A DNA stretch of 64,000 nt from an uncultured Gemmatimonadaceae bacterium (GTDB taxonomy: Bacteria; Gemmatimonadota; Gemmatimonadetes; Gemmatimonadales; GWC2-71-9), in assembly GCA_964641815.1 (NCBI GenBank), contig CAZXKN010000116.1, forward strand, positions 1,889 through 65,888. The letters are read 5' to 3'. The notes under the pieces were generated by a model. The model did no database searches and was not told the origin of the DNA. It worked only from the letters and a program-made list of their open reading frames with translations. Of the stretch, positions 35,643 through 44,802 are shown in pieces. The translations under genes and the position numbers were made by a program. Position 1 is the stretch's first letter. Each line of letters begins with the position of its first letter.

Positions 35643-36701
35643 TCAGGCGGGTTGGTCCATGTCGTAGAGGGCCGCGGTGTCGACGAAGCGGGCGGTGGTG
35701 CCGTCGTGGACCGCGAAGCGGCTATGATAGAGCGCTGCTGCGCCGAACTCGCCGCGTTTGTTGACCGCATAGAAGTCGAGCTGGTAGCGCGGGCGCCCCT
35801 CCGGGCCGAGCAGCCGCGGCGGCGTCAGGTGCATGGCGCGTTTCAGTGTTTCGAGGCAGGCATCGGTGGGCTTCATCCCGCGGCGCATGTTGTCGACGGT
35901 CAGAAACCCTCCCGCGATCATGATGTTCGCTTCGCCGAGCCCCGTGGAGCCGGCCGCGCCGACGTCGTTGTCGCAGTACTGGCCGGCGCCGACGATGGCG
36001 CTGTCGCCCACTCGGCCGGGAACCTTGAACGCGAGACCGGCGGTGGTGGTGATCGATGCGATGTCGCCGCCCGGCGTCACCGCGTCGCAATTGATCGTGC
36101 CGGTGGGCGGGTGCACGACCATGGGGGTGTGCGCCGGCACGTCGAGATAGTTGTCGCTGGGACTGAGGTTGGCGCGCCACTCGAGCCACGCCTGCCGTGA
36201 TGCGTCGGTGAGCAGATCCTCTTCCTTGAAGCCATACGACAAGGCGAACCGCTTCGCGCCTTCGCCGACCAGCAGGATGTGGGGCGTGTATTTGAGGATG
36301 AGCTTGACGACTTCCGAGGCGGTCTTGATGCCCTCGAGCGCCCCCACCGCGCCGGCGCGCTTCATCGGTCCGTGCATGCACGACGCGTCGAGCTGGACCA
36401 CGCCGTCGGCGTTGGGTAACCCGCCGTAGCCGACCGACTGGTCGGTGGGATCGAGCTCCTGGATCTTTACGCCCTCGACGATCGCGTCGAGCGGGTCGGC
36501 CCCGCCGACCAGCAGCTCGTGCGCCCGTTGCACGGGACGCAGGGAATTGGCGGATGAGATGACGACCGGTGTGGCCGCCCAGGCGCGCCGCGGCAGCGGC
36601 CGGAGCGGGCGCAGCGGATGTGTGATGCCGAGGGCGCGGGCGGCGGTGAGGCCGGCGGCGGCGGACGCCAGGAAATCGCGGCGCGACAGGTCGGAAGGCA
36701 C
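35643..36701 (-). CDS. Ntn-hydrolase of the asparaginase-2 family (glycosylasparaginase/isoaspartyl peptidase-like), Tat-exported
   Basis: 352 aa with Tat signal SRRDFLASAAAGL. Contains the family motifs GYGGLPNADG, GTINCDAV (autocleavage Thr context) and GAGQYCDNDVGAAGSTGLGE. Confidence 0.8.
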   Translation of the reverse strand: MPSDLSRRDFLASAAAGLTAARALGITHPLRPLRPLPRRAWAATPVVISSANSLRPVQRAHELLVGGADPLDAIVEGVKIQELDPTDQSVGYGGLPNADGVVQLDASCMHGPMKRAGAVGALEGIKTASEVVKLILKYTPHILLVGEGAKRFALSYGFKEEDLLTDASRQAWLEWRANLSPSDNYLDVPAHTPMVVHPPTGTINCDAVTPGGDIASITTTAGLAFKVPGRVGDSAIVGAGQYCDNDVGAAGSTGLGEANIMIAGGFLTVDNMRRGMKPTDACLETLKRAMHLTPPRLLGPEGRPRYQLDFYAVNKRGEFGAAALYHSRFAVHDGTTARFVDTAALYDMDQPA

Positions 36702-36738
36702 GCCTGTTTCTAGCTCTCGCCTACAGGACTGTCAACTT

Positions 36739-37446
36739 GTGAAAGGCAGACCGTCGGCCTACGTTCTCGCCGTGATCGGCGTGGATCGTCAGGGGCCGGA
36801 GGATCCCCGGGTCGCCCTGCGGCGCATCATCGGCGGGGTGACGGTGGTGGCCTGGGCCCTGGCCGGACTGTCGTGGTTGTCGAGCGGCTCGATCGACTGG
36901 ACGCTCGTCGGATTCGCCGGCGCGATGTGGGGTGTGTACAGCTTCCTCACGATGATCGCCGACACCGTGGGCGGCCTCGTGCGGTTCGTCGGGAATCAGG
37001 TCACCGGCAATGTCGCGCTGCCCGTTCCGCAAGACACGATCGACGACCAGACCACGCGCTTCGAGCGCATGCTCGACGAACCGCTCGATCGGCACCATGA
37101 AATTCTCATCGGGATCCGATTGGCCGAGATCTACCGCACGCACCAGCATGACGAGGCGAAGTCCACCGCGCTGCTGGACCGGCTGCGCGCCAAATACCCC
37201 GACGCGAGCGAGCTCTTTCTGACGTCGCACCTGGGCATGGAGGAGGGAATCGACGATCAAGTGACCCGCTACGAGCGGATGCTCACGGGCCCACTCCAGC
37301 CGCACCAGGCGGTCCTGATCGGGCTCCGACTGGCCGAGATCTACCGCACGCTGCAGCACGACGACGCCAAGGCGGACGCACTCCTCGCCCGGATGCGCGC
37401 CGCATACCCCAACGCCCCCGAGCTGTCGCATGCCGGACCCGGTTGA
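36739..37446 (+). CDS. membrane protein with two tandem ~70-aa helical repeats, function unknown
   Basis: Two predicted TM helices (VTVVAWALAGLSWL, LVGFAGAMWGVYSFL) are followed by repeat 1 (37036-37245) and repeat 2 (37246-37443). The repeats share IDDQxTRxERML...L.G.RLAEIYRT.QHD.AK..ALL.R.RA.YP.A.EL. The start is uncertain (GTG 36739, 36772 or 36781). Confidence 0.55.
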   Translation: MKGRPSAYVLAVIGVDRQGPEDPRVALRRIIGGVTVVAWALAGLSWLSSGSIDWTLVGFAGAMWGVYSFLTMIADTVGGLVRFVGNQVTGNVALPVPQDTIDDQTTRFERMLDEPLDRHHEILIGIRLAEIYRTHQHDEAKSTALLDRLRAKYPDASELFLTSHLGMEEGIDDQVTRYERMLTGPLQPHQAVLIGLRLAEIYRTLQHDDAKADALLARMRAAYPNAPELSHAGPG

Positions 37447-38152
37447 CCTGTCGCTCGTGATCCCCGTGTACAACGAGCGCGACAACCTGGCGCCGCTGAT
37501 CGCCGAGATCGAGCGGGCGCTCGGGGGGACCCGCTTCGAGATCGTCGCCGTCGACGACGGCTCCACCGACGGGTCGTTGGAGACGTTGAAAGCGCTGAAG
37601 CGCGGGCACCCGGCGCTGCACATCGTGTCGTTCGCCGCCAACGCCGGGCAGACCGCGGCGTTCGCGGCGGGATTTCAGGCAGCGCGGGGAGCGGTGATTG
37701 TGACGCTCGACGCCGACGGCCAGAACGATCCCGCCGACATCCCGGCGCTCGTCGATGCGCTGGCGCAGAGCGGCGCCACCGCCGTCGCCGGATACCGCGT
37801 CGACCGGCGCGACTCGCGCTGGAAGCTCGTGCAGAGCCGTATCGCCAACGGTGTGCGCAACCGACTGAACCGTGAAACCATCCGCGACACCGGCTGCTCG
37901 CTCAAAGCGTTCCGCGCGCCGGCGGTGCGGGCGTTGCCGCTGTTCAACGGCATGCACCGCTTTCTGCCCACGCTCGTCAAGCTGCAGGGCGGAACCGTCG
38001 CCGAGGTGCCGGTGCACCACCGGCCGCGCCGCTCCGGACGCACGAAATACGGCATGTGGAACCGTGTCTTCCGTTCGCTCGCCGATGCGTTCGCGGTGCG
38101 CTGGATGCAGCGCCGCGCCCTGCGTTACCACGTCACCGAAGAGCTGCCGTGA
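37430..38152 (+). CDS. family-2 glycosyltransferase (polyprenol-phosphate sugar transferase, DPM1/ArnC-like)
   Basis: 240 aa with LSLVIPVYNERDNL, VAVDDGSTDGS and LDADGQNDP. Confidence 0.85.
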   Translation: MPDPVDLSLVIPVYNERDNLAPLIAEIERALGGTRFEIVAVDDGSTDGSLETLKALKRGHPALHIVSFAANAGQTAAFAAGFQAARGAVIVTLDADGQNDPADIPALVDALAQSGATAVAGYRVDRRDSRWKLVQSRIANGVRNRLNRETIRDTGCSLKAFRAPAVRALPLFNGMHRFLPTLVKLQGGTVAEVPVHHRPRRSGRTKYGMWNRVFRSLADAFAVRWMQRRALRYHVTEELP

Positions 38153-38181
38153 CCCCTCCGATCCCTCCGCCCCCCCGACCG

Positions 38182-39240
38182 ATGTCCAGGAAGCCCCGTC
38201 TCGATCCGGCGATCTTCAACCTCCCCGTCGCCCGGATGCGCGAGGGCTATTACTCCGACAAGTACTTCGTGCGCGCGCGCGACGTGCTGCTCAAGGACCA
38301 CCACCGTCCGCGTGTGACGATGCAGGTGTTCGGCAAATCCCACGCCTATCTCGGCGGCTCGGATGAGGCGATCGCCATCCTCAAGCTGTGCGCCGAATCG
38401 TGGGGCGAGCTCGACGTGCACGCGCTGTACGACGGCGACCAGATCGCCCCGTGGGAGACGGTGCTGCTGATCGAGGGACCGTACGACGCCTTCGCCAACC
38501 TCGAGACGCTGTACCTCGGCGTACTGGCGCGCCGCACCCGTGTGGGGACGAATACGCGGCGCGTGGTGGATGCGGCGCGGCCCAAGCAGGTCATGTTCTT
38601 CCCGGCGCGCCACGACCACTGGCTGGTGCAGACCGGCGACGGCTACGCCGCCCATATCGCCGGCGCGATCGGCGTGTCCACCGACGCGCAGGCGTCGTGG
38701 TGGGGGTCGGAGGGGATCGGCACGGTGCCACATGCGCTGATCGCCGCCTATGACGGCGACACCGTCACCGCGTCGGTCAAGTTCGCGGAGCTCATGGATC
38801 CGGAAATTCGCCTCATCACACTCGTCGACTTCGAAAACGATTGCGTGGCGACGTCGCTCGCCGTCGCGCGGGCGCTGGGGGAGCGGCTCTACGGTGTGCG
38901 GCTCGACACGTCGGAAACGCTGGTCGACCGGTCGATCGTGCCGCAGATGGGCCTGTTCAAGCCCACCGGCGTCAACCCGCAGCTCGTGTGGAACGTGCGC
39001 CAGGCGCTCGACCGCGAGGGCTTTCAGCGGGTGAAGATCGTCGTCTCCGGCGGCTTCACCGTGGAAAAAATCCGTCAGTTCGAGGACGAGAGCGTCCCGG
39101 TCGACATGTACGGCGTAGGGTCGAGCCTCTTTCAGGGGCGCTTCGACTTTACTGCCGACATCGTCCAGGTCGATGGGAAGCCCTGTGCCAAGGTGGGCCG
39201 CACGTTCCGGCACAACCCGCGCCTCGAGCGCGTCGAGTAG
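38182..39240 (+). CDS. nicotinate phosphoribosyltransferase family protein
   Basis: Trimmed to MSRKPRLDPAIFNLPVARMREGYYSDKYF. It has the type-II PRTase layout, and its neighbour is an isochorismatase-family protein. Confidence 0.75.
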   Translation: MSRKPRLDPAIFNLPVARMREGYYSDKYFVRARDVLLKDHHRPRVTMQVFGKSHAYLGGSDEAIAILKLCAESWGELDVHALYDGDQIAPWETVLLIEGPYDAFANLETLYLGVLARRTRVGTNTRRVVDAARPKQVMFFPARHDHWLVQTGDGYAAHIAGAIGVSTDAQASWWGSEGIGTVPHALIAAYDGDTVTASVKFAELMDPEIRLITLVDFENDCVATSLAVARALGERLYGVRLDTSETLVDRSIVPQMGLFKPTGVNPQLVWNVRQALDREGFQRVKIVVSGGFTVEKIRQFEDESVPVDMYGVGSSLFQGRFDFTADIVQVDGKPCAKVGRTFRHNPRLERVE

Positions 39241-39282
39241 GTTAGATTCCCTCGCTGTTTTCCAGACCTCGAAGGAGCAGGT

Positions 39283-39948
39283 ATGGCGCGGGTCATCTTC
39301 TGGGACGTCGACACCCAATACGACTTCATGAAGGCGGACGGCAAGCTGTACGTGCCCGACGCCGAGCACATCATTCCCAATCTGAAGCGGCTCACCGATT
39401 ACGCGCATGGGCACGGAATTCGCATCGTCGCTAGCGCCGACGATCATGCCCCCGGACATCGCGAGCTGTCCCAGTCGCCCAACTTCAAGGACACTTTTCC
39501 ACCGCACTGCATGCACGGCACTCCCGGCCAGAAGAAGATTCCCGAGACCGCGCTGCGCGATCCGCTCGTGATCGAGCCCGCGCGCGAGGATCCGGCCCGG
39601 CTCGCCGCGCGGGTGCGGGCGCATCGCGGCGACATCCTGTTGCACAAGCACGAATTCGACGTGTTCACCAACCCCAACGTCCTTCCCGCCGTCGATGCTC
39701 TGGCGCCGGAAGACGTCGTGCTCTACGGTGTGGCGCTCGATGTGTGCGACCGCTACGCCATCGAGGGGTTCCTGCAACATCGCCCCGCCATCCGCCTCTT
39801 CGCCGTGACCGACGCGATGAAGCCGATCGATCGCGACGCCGCGGAGCAGATGCTGAAGGAGTGGGGAGACGAAGGAGTGCGTCTGGTGAAAACCAGTGAG
39901 GTCGTGATGGGAGGCCTGGTCGAGCAGCTCGTCCGGGCGGGCGCATGA
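39283..39948 (+). CDS. isochorismatase-family hydrolase (nicotinamidase-like)
   Basis: 221 aa. N-terminal VIFWDVDTQYDF with a catalytic-Asp context. PPHCMHGTPG resembles the metal/Cys region of nicotinamidases. GVALDVCDRYA is also present. Confidence 0.7.
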   Translation: MARVIFWDVDTQYDFMKADGKLYVPDAEHIIPNLKRLTDYAHGHGIRIVASADDHAPGHRELSQSPNFKDTFPPHCMHGTPGQKKIPETALRDPLVIEPAREDPARLAARVRAHRGDILLHKHEFDVFTNPNVLPAVDALAPEDVVLYGVALDVCDRYAIEGFLQHRPAIRLFAVTDAMKPIDRDAAEQMLKEWGDEGVRLVKTSEVVMGGLVEQLVRAGA

Positions 39949-41042
39949 CGTCGGTTACCGCCCCGCCGCAGTCGACATTCGGAAAGTTCTTCCTCCCCGG
40001 ACCCACGGATGTCCATCCCGACGTCCTGGCCGCCCAGCTCAAGCCGATGATCCCGCACCGCTCCAGCGCGATGGATCAGCTGCTGCAGAGAATGGGCCCC
40101 CCGTTGCAGGCGCTCGCGCGCACGTCCCGCATCGTCCTGATCGGCACGACCTCCGCCACCGGCTTCATGGAAATGGCCGTGCGCAATGGCGTGCGCCATC
40201 GGGCGCTGTCGCTCGTGAACGGGGCGTTCAGCGAGCGCTTCGCCCAGCTCGTGACCGCGGCCGGGAAGGAGTGCATCCGGCTCGATGTGCCGCTCGGCCA
40301 GACGGTGGAGCCCGACATGCTGCGCGACGCGCTGCGCCGCACGCCGGTCGACGCCGTCACCATCGCCCACTCCGAGACCTCGACCGGGGTGCTGCAGGAC
40401 GTCGCGGCGCTCGCCGCCGTGACCCGCGAATTCGATGACGTTCTGTTCCTGGTGGACGCCGTGACGTCGATGGCCGGGAGCCCCGTCGAACCCGATCAGT
40501 GGGGCTTCGACTTCACCTTCACCGGCTCGCAGAAGGCGCTGGCGCTCCCGCCCGGACTGGCACTCGGGATCGCTTCCGAGCGCATGGTCGCGCGGGCGAA
40601 GACGCTGCCCGATCGCGGATTGTATTTCGATCTCGTCAGCTTCGAGGCGGCGATGGCGAAGTACCAGCCGACGAACACGCCGGCGCTGTCGCTGTTCTAC
40701 GCGCTCGACCGCCAGCTCGAGCGCATCGCGGCCGAGGGCGGGATCGAAGCGCGCTGGCGCCGCCACGAAGCGATGCGGCAGACGGTGGAGCGTTGGGCCG
40801 AGGCGCGCGGCATCGAGTACCTGCCGCGGGCGGGTCGGCGCAGCTGGACGGTGTCGTGTCTCAAGCTGCCGGCGGGGAAGAGCGCGAAGGACGTCACGGG
40901 CTCGCTAAAGGCGCAGGGGTGGACGATCGGATCGGGCTACGGGTCATTGAAAGACACCACGATCCGCATCGGCCACATGGGCGATCACTCGGTGGCGGGC
41001 GTCGAAGAGCTGTTGCCGCTCGTGGAGGCAGCGATCCGGTGA
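39945..41042 (+). CDS. class-V aminotransferase (serine-glyoxylate/phosphoserine aminotransferase-like)
   Basis: 365 aa with FLPGPTDVHPDVL and the PLP-lysine context FTGSQKALALPPGL. ATGA overlap upstream and GTGA overlap with serA downstream. Confidence 0.8.
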   Translation: MTSVTAPPQSTFGKFFLPGPTDVHPDVLAAQLKPMIPHRSSAMDQLLQRMGPPLQALARTSRIVLIGTTSATGFMEMAVRNGVRHRALSLVNGAFSERFAQLVTAAGKECIRLDVPLGQTVEPDMLRDALRRTPVDAVTIAHSETSTGVLQDVAALAAVTREFDDVLFLVDAVTSMAGSPVEPDQWGFDFTFTGSQKALALPPGLALGIASERMVARAKTLPDRGLYFDLVSFEAAMAKYQPTNTPALSLFYALDRQLERIAAEGGIEARWRRHEAMRQTVERWAEARGIEYLPRAGRRSWTVSCLKLPAGKSAKDVTGSLKAQGWTIGSGYGSLKDTTIRIGHMGDHSVAGVEELLPLVEAAIR

Positions 41043-42631
41043 CGCTGCGCGTGGTGGTGGCGGACCGCCTCGCGGCGGGCGGGCTGGACTTGCTGGCGCA
41101 GACGCCCGGGATCGAAGTGGTGAATTGCGCTGGCAAGCCGGCCGAGGAGCTGCAGCGGGCGCTGGAGCAGGCGCAGGCGCTGATCGTGCGCAGCGAAACC
41201 AAGGTCACGGTCGATGTCATGAACCGCGCCCCCGAGCTGCGCGTGATCGCGCGCGCCGGCATCGGCGTGGATACGATCGACGTGACCGCGGCGACCCGGC
41301 GCGGCATCGCCGTGATGAACGCCCCCGGGGCGAACACCGTCAGCGCCGCCGAGCATGCGCTCGGCCTGCTGCTCTCGCTGGTGCGCCACATTCCCGAAGC
41401 CGCCGAGTCGATGCGGCGCGGCGAATGGGATCGCAAGAAGTACGAAGGCACCGAGCTGCGTGGCAAGATTCTCGGCGTCGTCGGCCTGGGCCGGATCGGG
41501 GGCCACGTCTCGCAGATCGCGCGCGCGTTCGGCATGACGGTCGTGGCCCACGATCCGTTCCTGCCGCCGCATCGGGCTGCCGAAATGCAGGTCAAGATCC
41601 TCCCGCTCGAGCAGCTGCTCGCCGCCGCGGACGTCGTCACCCTGCACGTCGCCTTGAGCGACCAGACGCGTCACCTGATCAATGCCGACCGGCTGGCGCT
41701 CATGAAGAAGACCGCGGTGCTGATCAACACCGCGCGCGGCGAGCTGGTGGACGAGGCGGCGCTGGCGGCGGCAGTCAAGGCCAAACAGATCGCGGGGGCG
41801 GCGGTGGACGTCTTCTCTGAGGAGCCGCTCCCCAAGGACTCCCCGCTGCGGGGCATCGACCGACTGATCCTCACTCCCCACCTGGCCGCCTCGACCGCGG
41901 AGGCACAAGACCGGGTGTCGCACGAGATCGCCACGGCGGTGCGGGACGCGCTCCTCCAGGGCGATCTCTCGACGGCCGTGAACGTCCCGGGAATCGGCGG
42001 CGACGTGCTGCGCCGCACTGCCCCGCTGCTCGCGTTGGCGCGCCGGCTCGGCCGGCTCGCCGGCGGACTCAGCGGCGCGGAGGTGACCGCCCTGGAAGTC
42101 GCCTATGGTGGCAGAGACGAGGAGGCCACGCGCCCCGTGCTCATCGCCGCCCTGGAGGGACTGCTCTCCGCCATCGGCGCGGGACCGGTGAGTCTCGTGA
42201 ACGCCACCGTTGTGGCCGAAGAGCGCGGCATCCGGCTCACGCGCCGCTCCGGCGCGGCCGAGCCGGGATTCGAAACGTCGCTCGGCGTGTCGGTGGATGC
42301 GGCGGGGAAGCGGGTGCGGGTCGCGGGAGCGCTCGTGGGATCGAACCAGGGCCGCGTGGTCCGGATCGACGACTATCACGTCGACGTCGTCCCCGAGGGC
42401 TGGCTGCTCGTCGTGAAGAACCGCGACGTGCCGGGCGTGATCGGTCGCGTCGGGACCCTGCTCGGCGAGTCGGGAATCAACATCGGCAGCTGGCACCAGG
42501 CGCGGGACGCCGGCCCGGGTCAGGCGCTGGCCGCAATCACCGTCGATCAGCCACCTGTAGACGGCGTGCGACACCGTATCGAGCAGCTTCCTGATGTCCT
42601 CGAAGTGAGACTCGCGCATTTCGGTGACTGA
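41039..42631 (+). CDS. serA: D-3-phosphoglycerate dehydrogenase with C-terminal ACT domain
   Basis: Trimmed from 40499 to GTG 41039 (VTLRVVVADRL). Contains GIGVDTIDV, GVVGLGRIGG, NTARGELVD, LTPHLAAST, and a C-terminal ACT-like segment LLVVKNRDVPGVIGRVGTLLGESGINI. Confidence 0.9.
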   Translation: MTLRVVVADRLAAGGLDLLAQTPGIEVVNCAGKPAEELQRALEQAQALIVRSETKVTVDVMNRAPELRVIARAGIGVDTIDVTAATRRGIAVMNAPGANTVSAAEHALGLLLSLVRHIPEAAESMRRGEWDRKKYEGTELRGKILGVVGLGRIGGHVSQIARAFGMTVVAHDPFLPPHRAAEMQVKILPLEQLLAAADVVTLHVALSDQTRHLINADRLALMKKTAVLINTARGELVDEAALAAAVKAKQIAGAAVDVFSEEPLPKDSPLRGIDRLILTPHLAASTAEAQDRVSHEIATAVRDALLQGDLSTAVNVPGIGGDVLRRTAPLLALARRLGRLAGGLSGAEVTALEVAYGGRDEEATRPVLIAALEGLLSAIGAGPVSLVNATVVAEERGIRLTRRSGAAEPGFETSLGVSVDAAGKRVRVAGALVGSNQGRVVRIDDYHVDVVPEGWLLVVKNRDVPGVIGRVGTLLGESGINIGSWHQARDAGPGQALAAITVDQPPVDGVRHRIEQLPDVLEVRLAHFGD

Positions 42632-42752
42632 GTAGTTTCCCCATGGCCGACACTCGCGCGGGCCGGTAAATTCGTCGTCGCTCTCCAACTGATCAGTTCA
42701 TCCGCCGGCCGTCGCCAGGCGTACTCAATCCGGGCCACCACAGGAGCTGCGA

Positions 42753-43193
42753 GTGACCGCCGTCCGCTACGAGCGCGCCAATCTTGGCACGACCTTTCTC
42801 CCCATCGGGCAGATGCTGCAGCTCGACCGCGTGAACACGGTCGACGGCGAATGCATCACCGCCGAGATGAACCTCAGCCCCGAGCATTGGGTGTTTCCGA
42901 TGCACTTTCCCGGCGATCCCATTTTCCCGGGGTGTCTTCTGATCGAAGCCGCGGGCCAGCTCGTGGCGTTGTGGGGATGGGACGCGGGTCTGCGCGGACG
43001 GCCGCGCATGGCCCGCACGAGCGCCGAGTTCGAGAGCCCCGTCTTCGCCACCGACCGCACCGTGACGCTGCAAGGTGAGGTCCGGCGCCGCCGCAACATG
43101 TGCTTCGGAACGGTGACCGTCACGGCAGGCGATCGGACGGTCGCGAAAATCGAGGCGGTGATCGTGGTAGTGGCGGGAGAGAACGGGCACTGA
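42753..43193 (+). CDS. FabA/FabZ-family 3-hydroxyacyl-ACP dehydratase (hot-dog fold)
   Basis: 146 aa with active-site region HWVFPMHFPGDPIFPGCLLIEAAGQL. Confidence 0.75.
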   Translation: MTAVRYERANLGTTFLPIGQMLQLDRVNTVDGECITAEMNLSPEHWVFPMHFPGDPIFPGCLLIEAAGQLVALWGWDAGLRGRPRMARTSAEFESPVFATDRTVTLQGEVRRRRNMCFGTVTVTAGDRTVAKIEAVIVVVAGENGH

Positions 43194-43214
43194 GCGAAAG
43201 ATTGTGAAAGTGGC

Positions 43215-43287
43215 GGAGGTTGGTGGAAGATGGTGGAGGCAACATCGAGCTACGTCCACCATCCTTCACCATCCTCCGCCAACCTCC
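43215..43287. repeat. unit-built hairpin H5 (decamer GGTGGARGWT arms) between convergent genes
   Basis: 43215-43239 pairs with 43263-43287 (25 positions: 1 mismatch, 2 G-U) with a 23-nt loop. It fills the gap between stops at 43193 (+) and 43299 (-). Confidence 0.8.
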
Positions 43288-43298
43288 AAACCCGCTTC

Positions 43299-44666
43299 CT
43301 AGTTCGTCTTATGCAGCTCCACCCGCCGATTCCGCGAGCGGCCTACCGCTGTCGCGTTGGTATCGATGGGATCGTCCGCGCCGTAGCCGCGCGACGTGAT
43401 CTGCTCCGGTGACACCCCCCGCTCGATGAGGTAGCTGCGCACCGCGTCCGCCCGGGCTTTCGAGAGGCGGAGATTGGCGGCGAGGCCGCCGCGGCTGTCG
43501 GTGTACCCGGCCACTTCCACGCGCGTCCCGGCGTGCGCCACCAGCGAGATCGCCACACGGTCGAGCGCGCCCCGCGCCCCGGCAGTGAGCGCCGTGCTGT
43601 TGAGCTCGAACGTCACATCCTCGAGGACCAGCGTGCGCGCGACTCCGGTAAAGAGCGGCGGGCACCCGATCGAATCGACCTTCTCCCCGACGGGCGTGCT
43701 GGGGCACTTGTCCATCGTGTCGACCACCCCGTCGCCATCGGAGTCCTTCGGCAGCGGGCAGCCGGTGGCGTCGATCTTCTCGCCGGCCGGCGTGTTGGGG
43801 CACTTGTCGGCGGAGTCGGGGACTCCGTCCTTGTCGCTGTCGAGCTCGCACCCCGTCGCGTCCACCTTCATTCCGGGCGGCGTGTTGGGGCACTTGTCGA
43901 GCGCATCAACCACGCCGTCCCCGTCCGCGTCCTTGGGGAGCGAGCACCCGCGCGCATCCACCTTGTCGCCCGCGGGGGTGTTGGGGCAACGGTCCAGGTT
44001 GTCGACCACCCCGTCCCCGTCTGCATCCTTGGGCAGCGAACAGCCGTGCGCATCGACCGATTCCCCGGGCGGCGTGTTGGGACAGTTGTCGAACTTGTCA
44101 CCCACACCGTCGTGATCGGAGTCCTTGGGGTGACTGCTGCCGATCAGGGCGGAGAGCCCGGCCTGCAGTGAAAAATTCCAGTTGTTCGGGACCGCGACGC
44201 TCTGGTTTTGCGGCGAGGGAATGAAATCCTCGACCGCCTCGACCCGCATCGCCCAGGCGCTGCCCAGGCCGAGGCGTAAGCCGAACAGTCCGCTCACGCC
44301 GTCGTCGGAGTAGTTGGCGGTCTTGCCATAGACGTTGTGGACGTACCCCGCCCCCATCATGATGCCGAGACTCCCGACGACCGGACGCCCGTACACCAGC
44401 TGGGCGCGCAACGGAATCAGCGTGCCATCGGGGATGAACGGACCAGTGGTCGGCAGATAGCCGCCCGTGCCCTCGACGGCGAGCCCGGGGGCGAGAAAGA
44501 CACCGAGGTACCCGCCGCCTCCGAAGGCGTTGTCGAGTGCCAGGGATTTATCGAACCGCGTGTAGCGTCCGAATCCACCGAACTCGATCGTCCCGGCGTC
44601 TTGTGCCGGGAGAGCGGCGGCGAATCCGGTGAGCAAGGCGACAACCGCCACGGTGCGAACGTGCAT
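43299..44666 (-). CDS. OmpA-family outer membrane protein with thrombospondin type-3 calcium-binding repeats
   Basis: Trimmed to MHVRTVAVVALLTGFAAALPAQ; a strong SD GGAAAGGAGG lies upstream. It has an N-terminal beta-barrel-like region and 5 repeats of D.D.DGV.D..D.CPNTP.G..VD..GC. The C-terminal OmpA domain carries GYTDSRG...NLRLSKARA. Confidence 0.85.
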   Translation of the reverse strand: MHVRTVAVVALLTGFAAALPAQDAGTIEFGGFGRYTRFDKSLALDNAFGGGGYLGVFLAPGLAVEGTGGYLPTTGPFIPDGTLIPLRAQLVYGRPVVGSLGIMMGAGYVHNVYGKTANYSDDGVSGLFGLRLGLGSAWAMRVEAVEDFIPSPQNQSVAVPNNWNFSLQAGLSALIGSSHPKDSDHDGVGDKFDNCPNTPPGESVDAHGCSLPKDADGDGVVDNLDRCPNTPAGDKVDARGCSLPKDADGDGVVDALDKCPNTPPGMKVDATGCELDSDKDGVPDSADKCPNTPAGEKIDATGCPLPKDSDGDGVVDTMDKCPSTPVGEKVDSIGCPPLFTGVARTLVLEDVTFELNSTALTAGARGALDRVAISLVAHAGTRVEVAGYTDSRGGLAANLRLSKARADAVRSYLIERGVSPEQITSRGYGADDPIDTNATAVGRSRNRRVELHKTN

Positions 44667-44766
44667 GGCGGCCTCCTTTCCGAGGTCGAATGATTTCCTT
44701 GCTCGGTACCCCGGAGTGCGACAGACGTATCGCGGCAGCAACAACTTCGACACCACACCCGCAGCT

Positions 44767-44784
44767 GCGTGACTGGCGTCACGC
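44767..44784 (-). terminator. short GC hairpin downstream of the second OmpA gene
   Basis: GCGTGAC-tggc-GTCACGC is a perfect 7-bp stem 19 nt after the stop at 44803. It has no U-tract, so its function as a terminator is uncertain. Confidence 0.35.
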
Positions 44785-44802
44785 GTTGTGTGGCCGGGAC
44801 GG

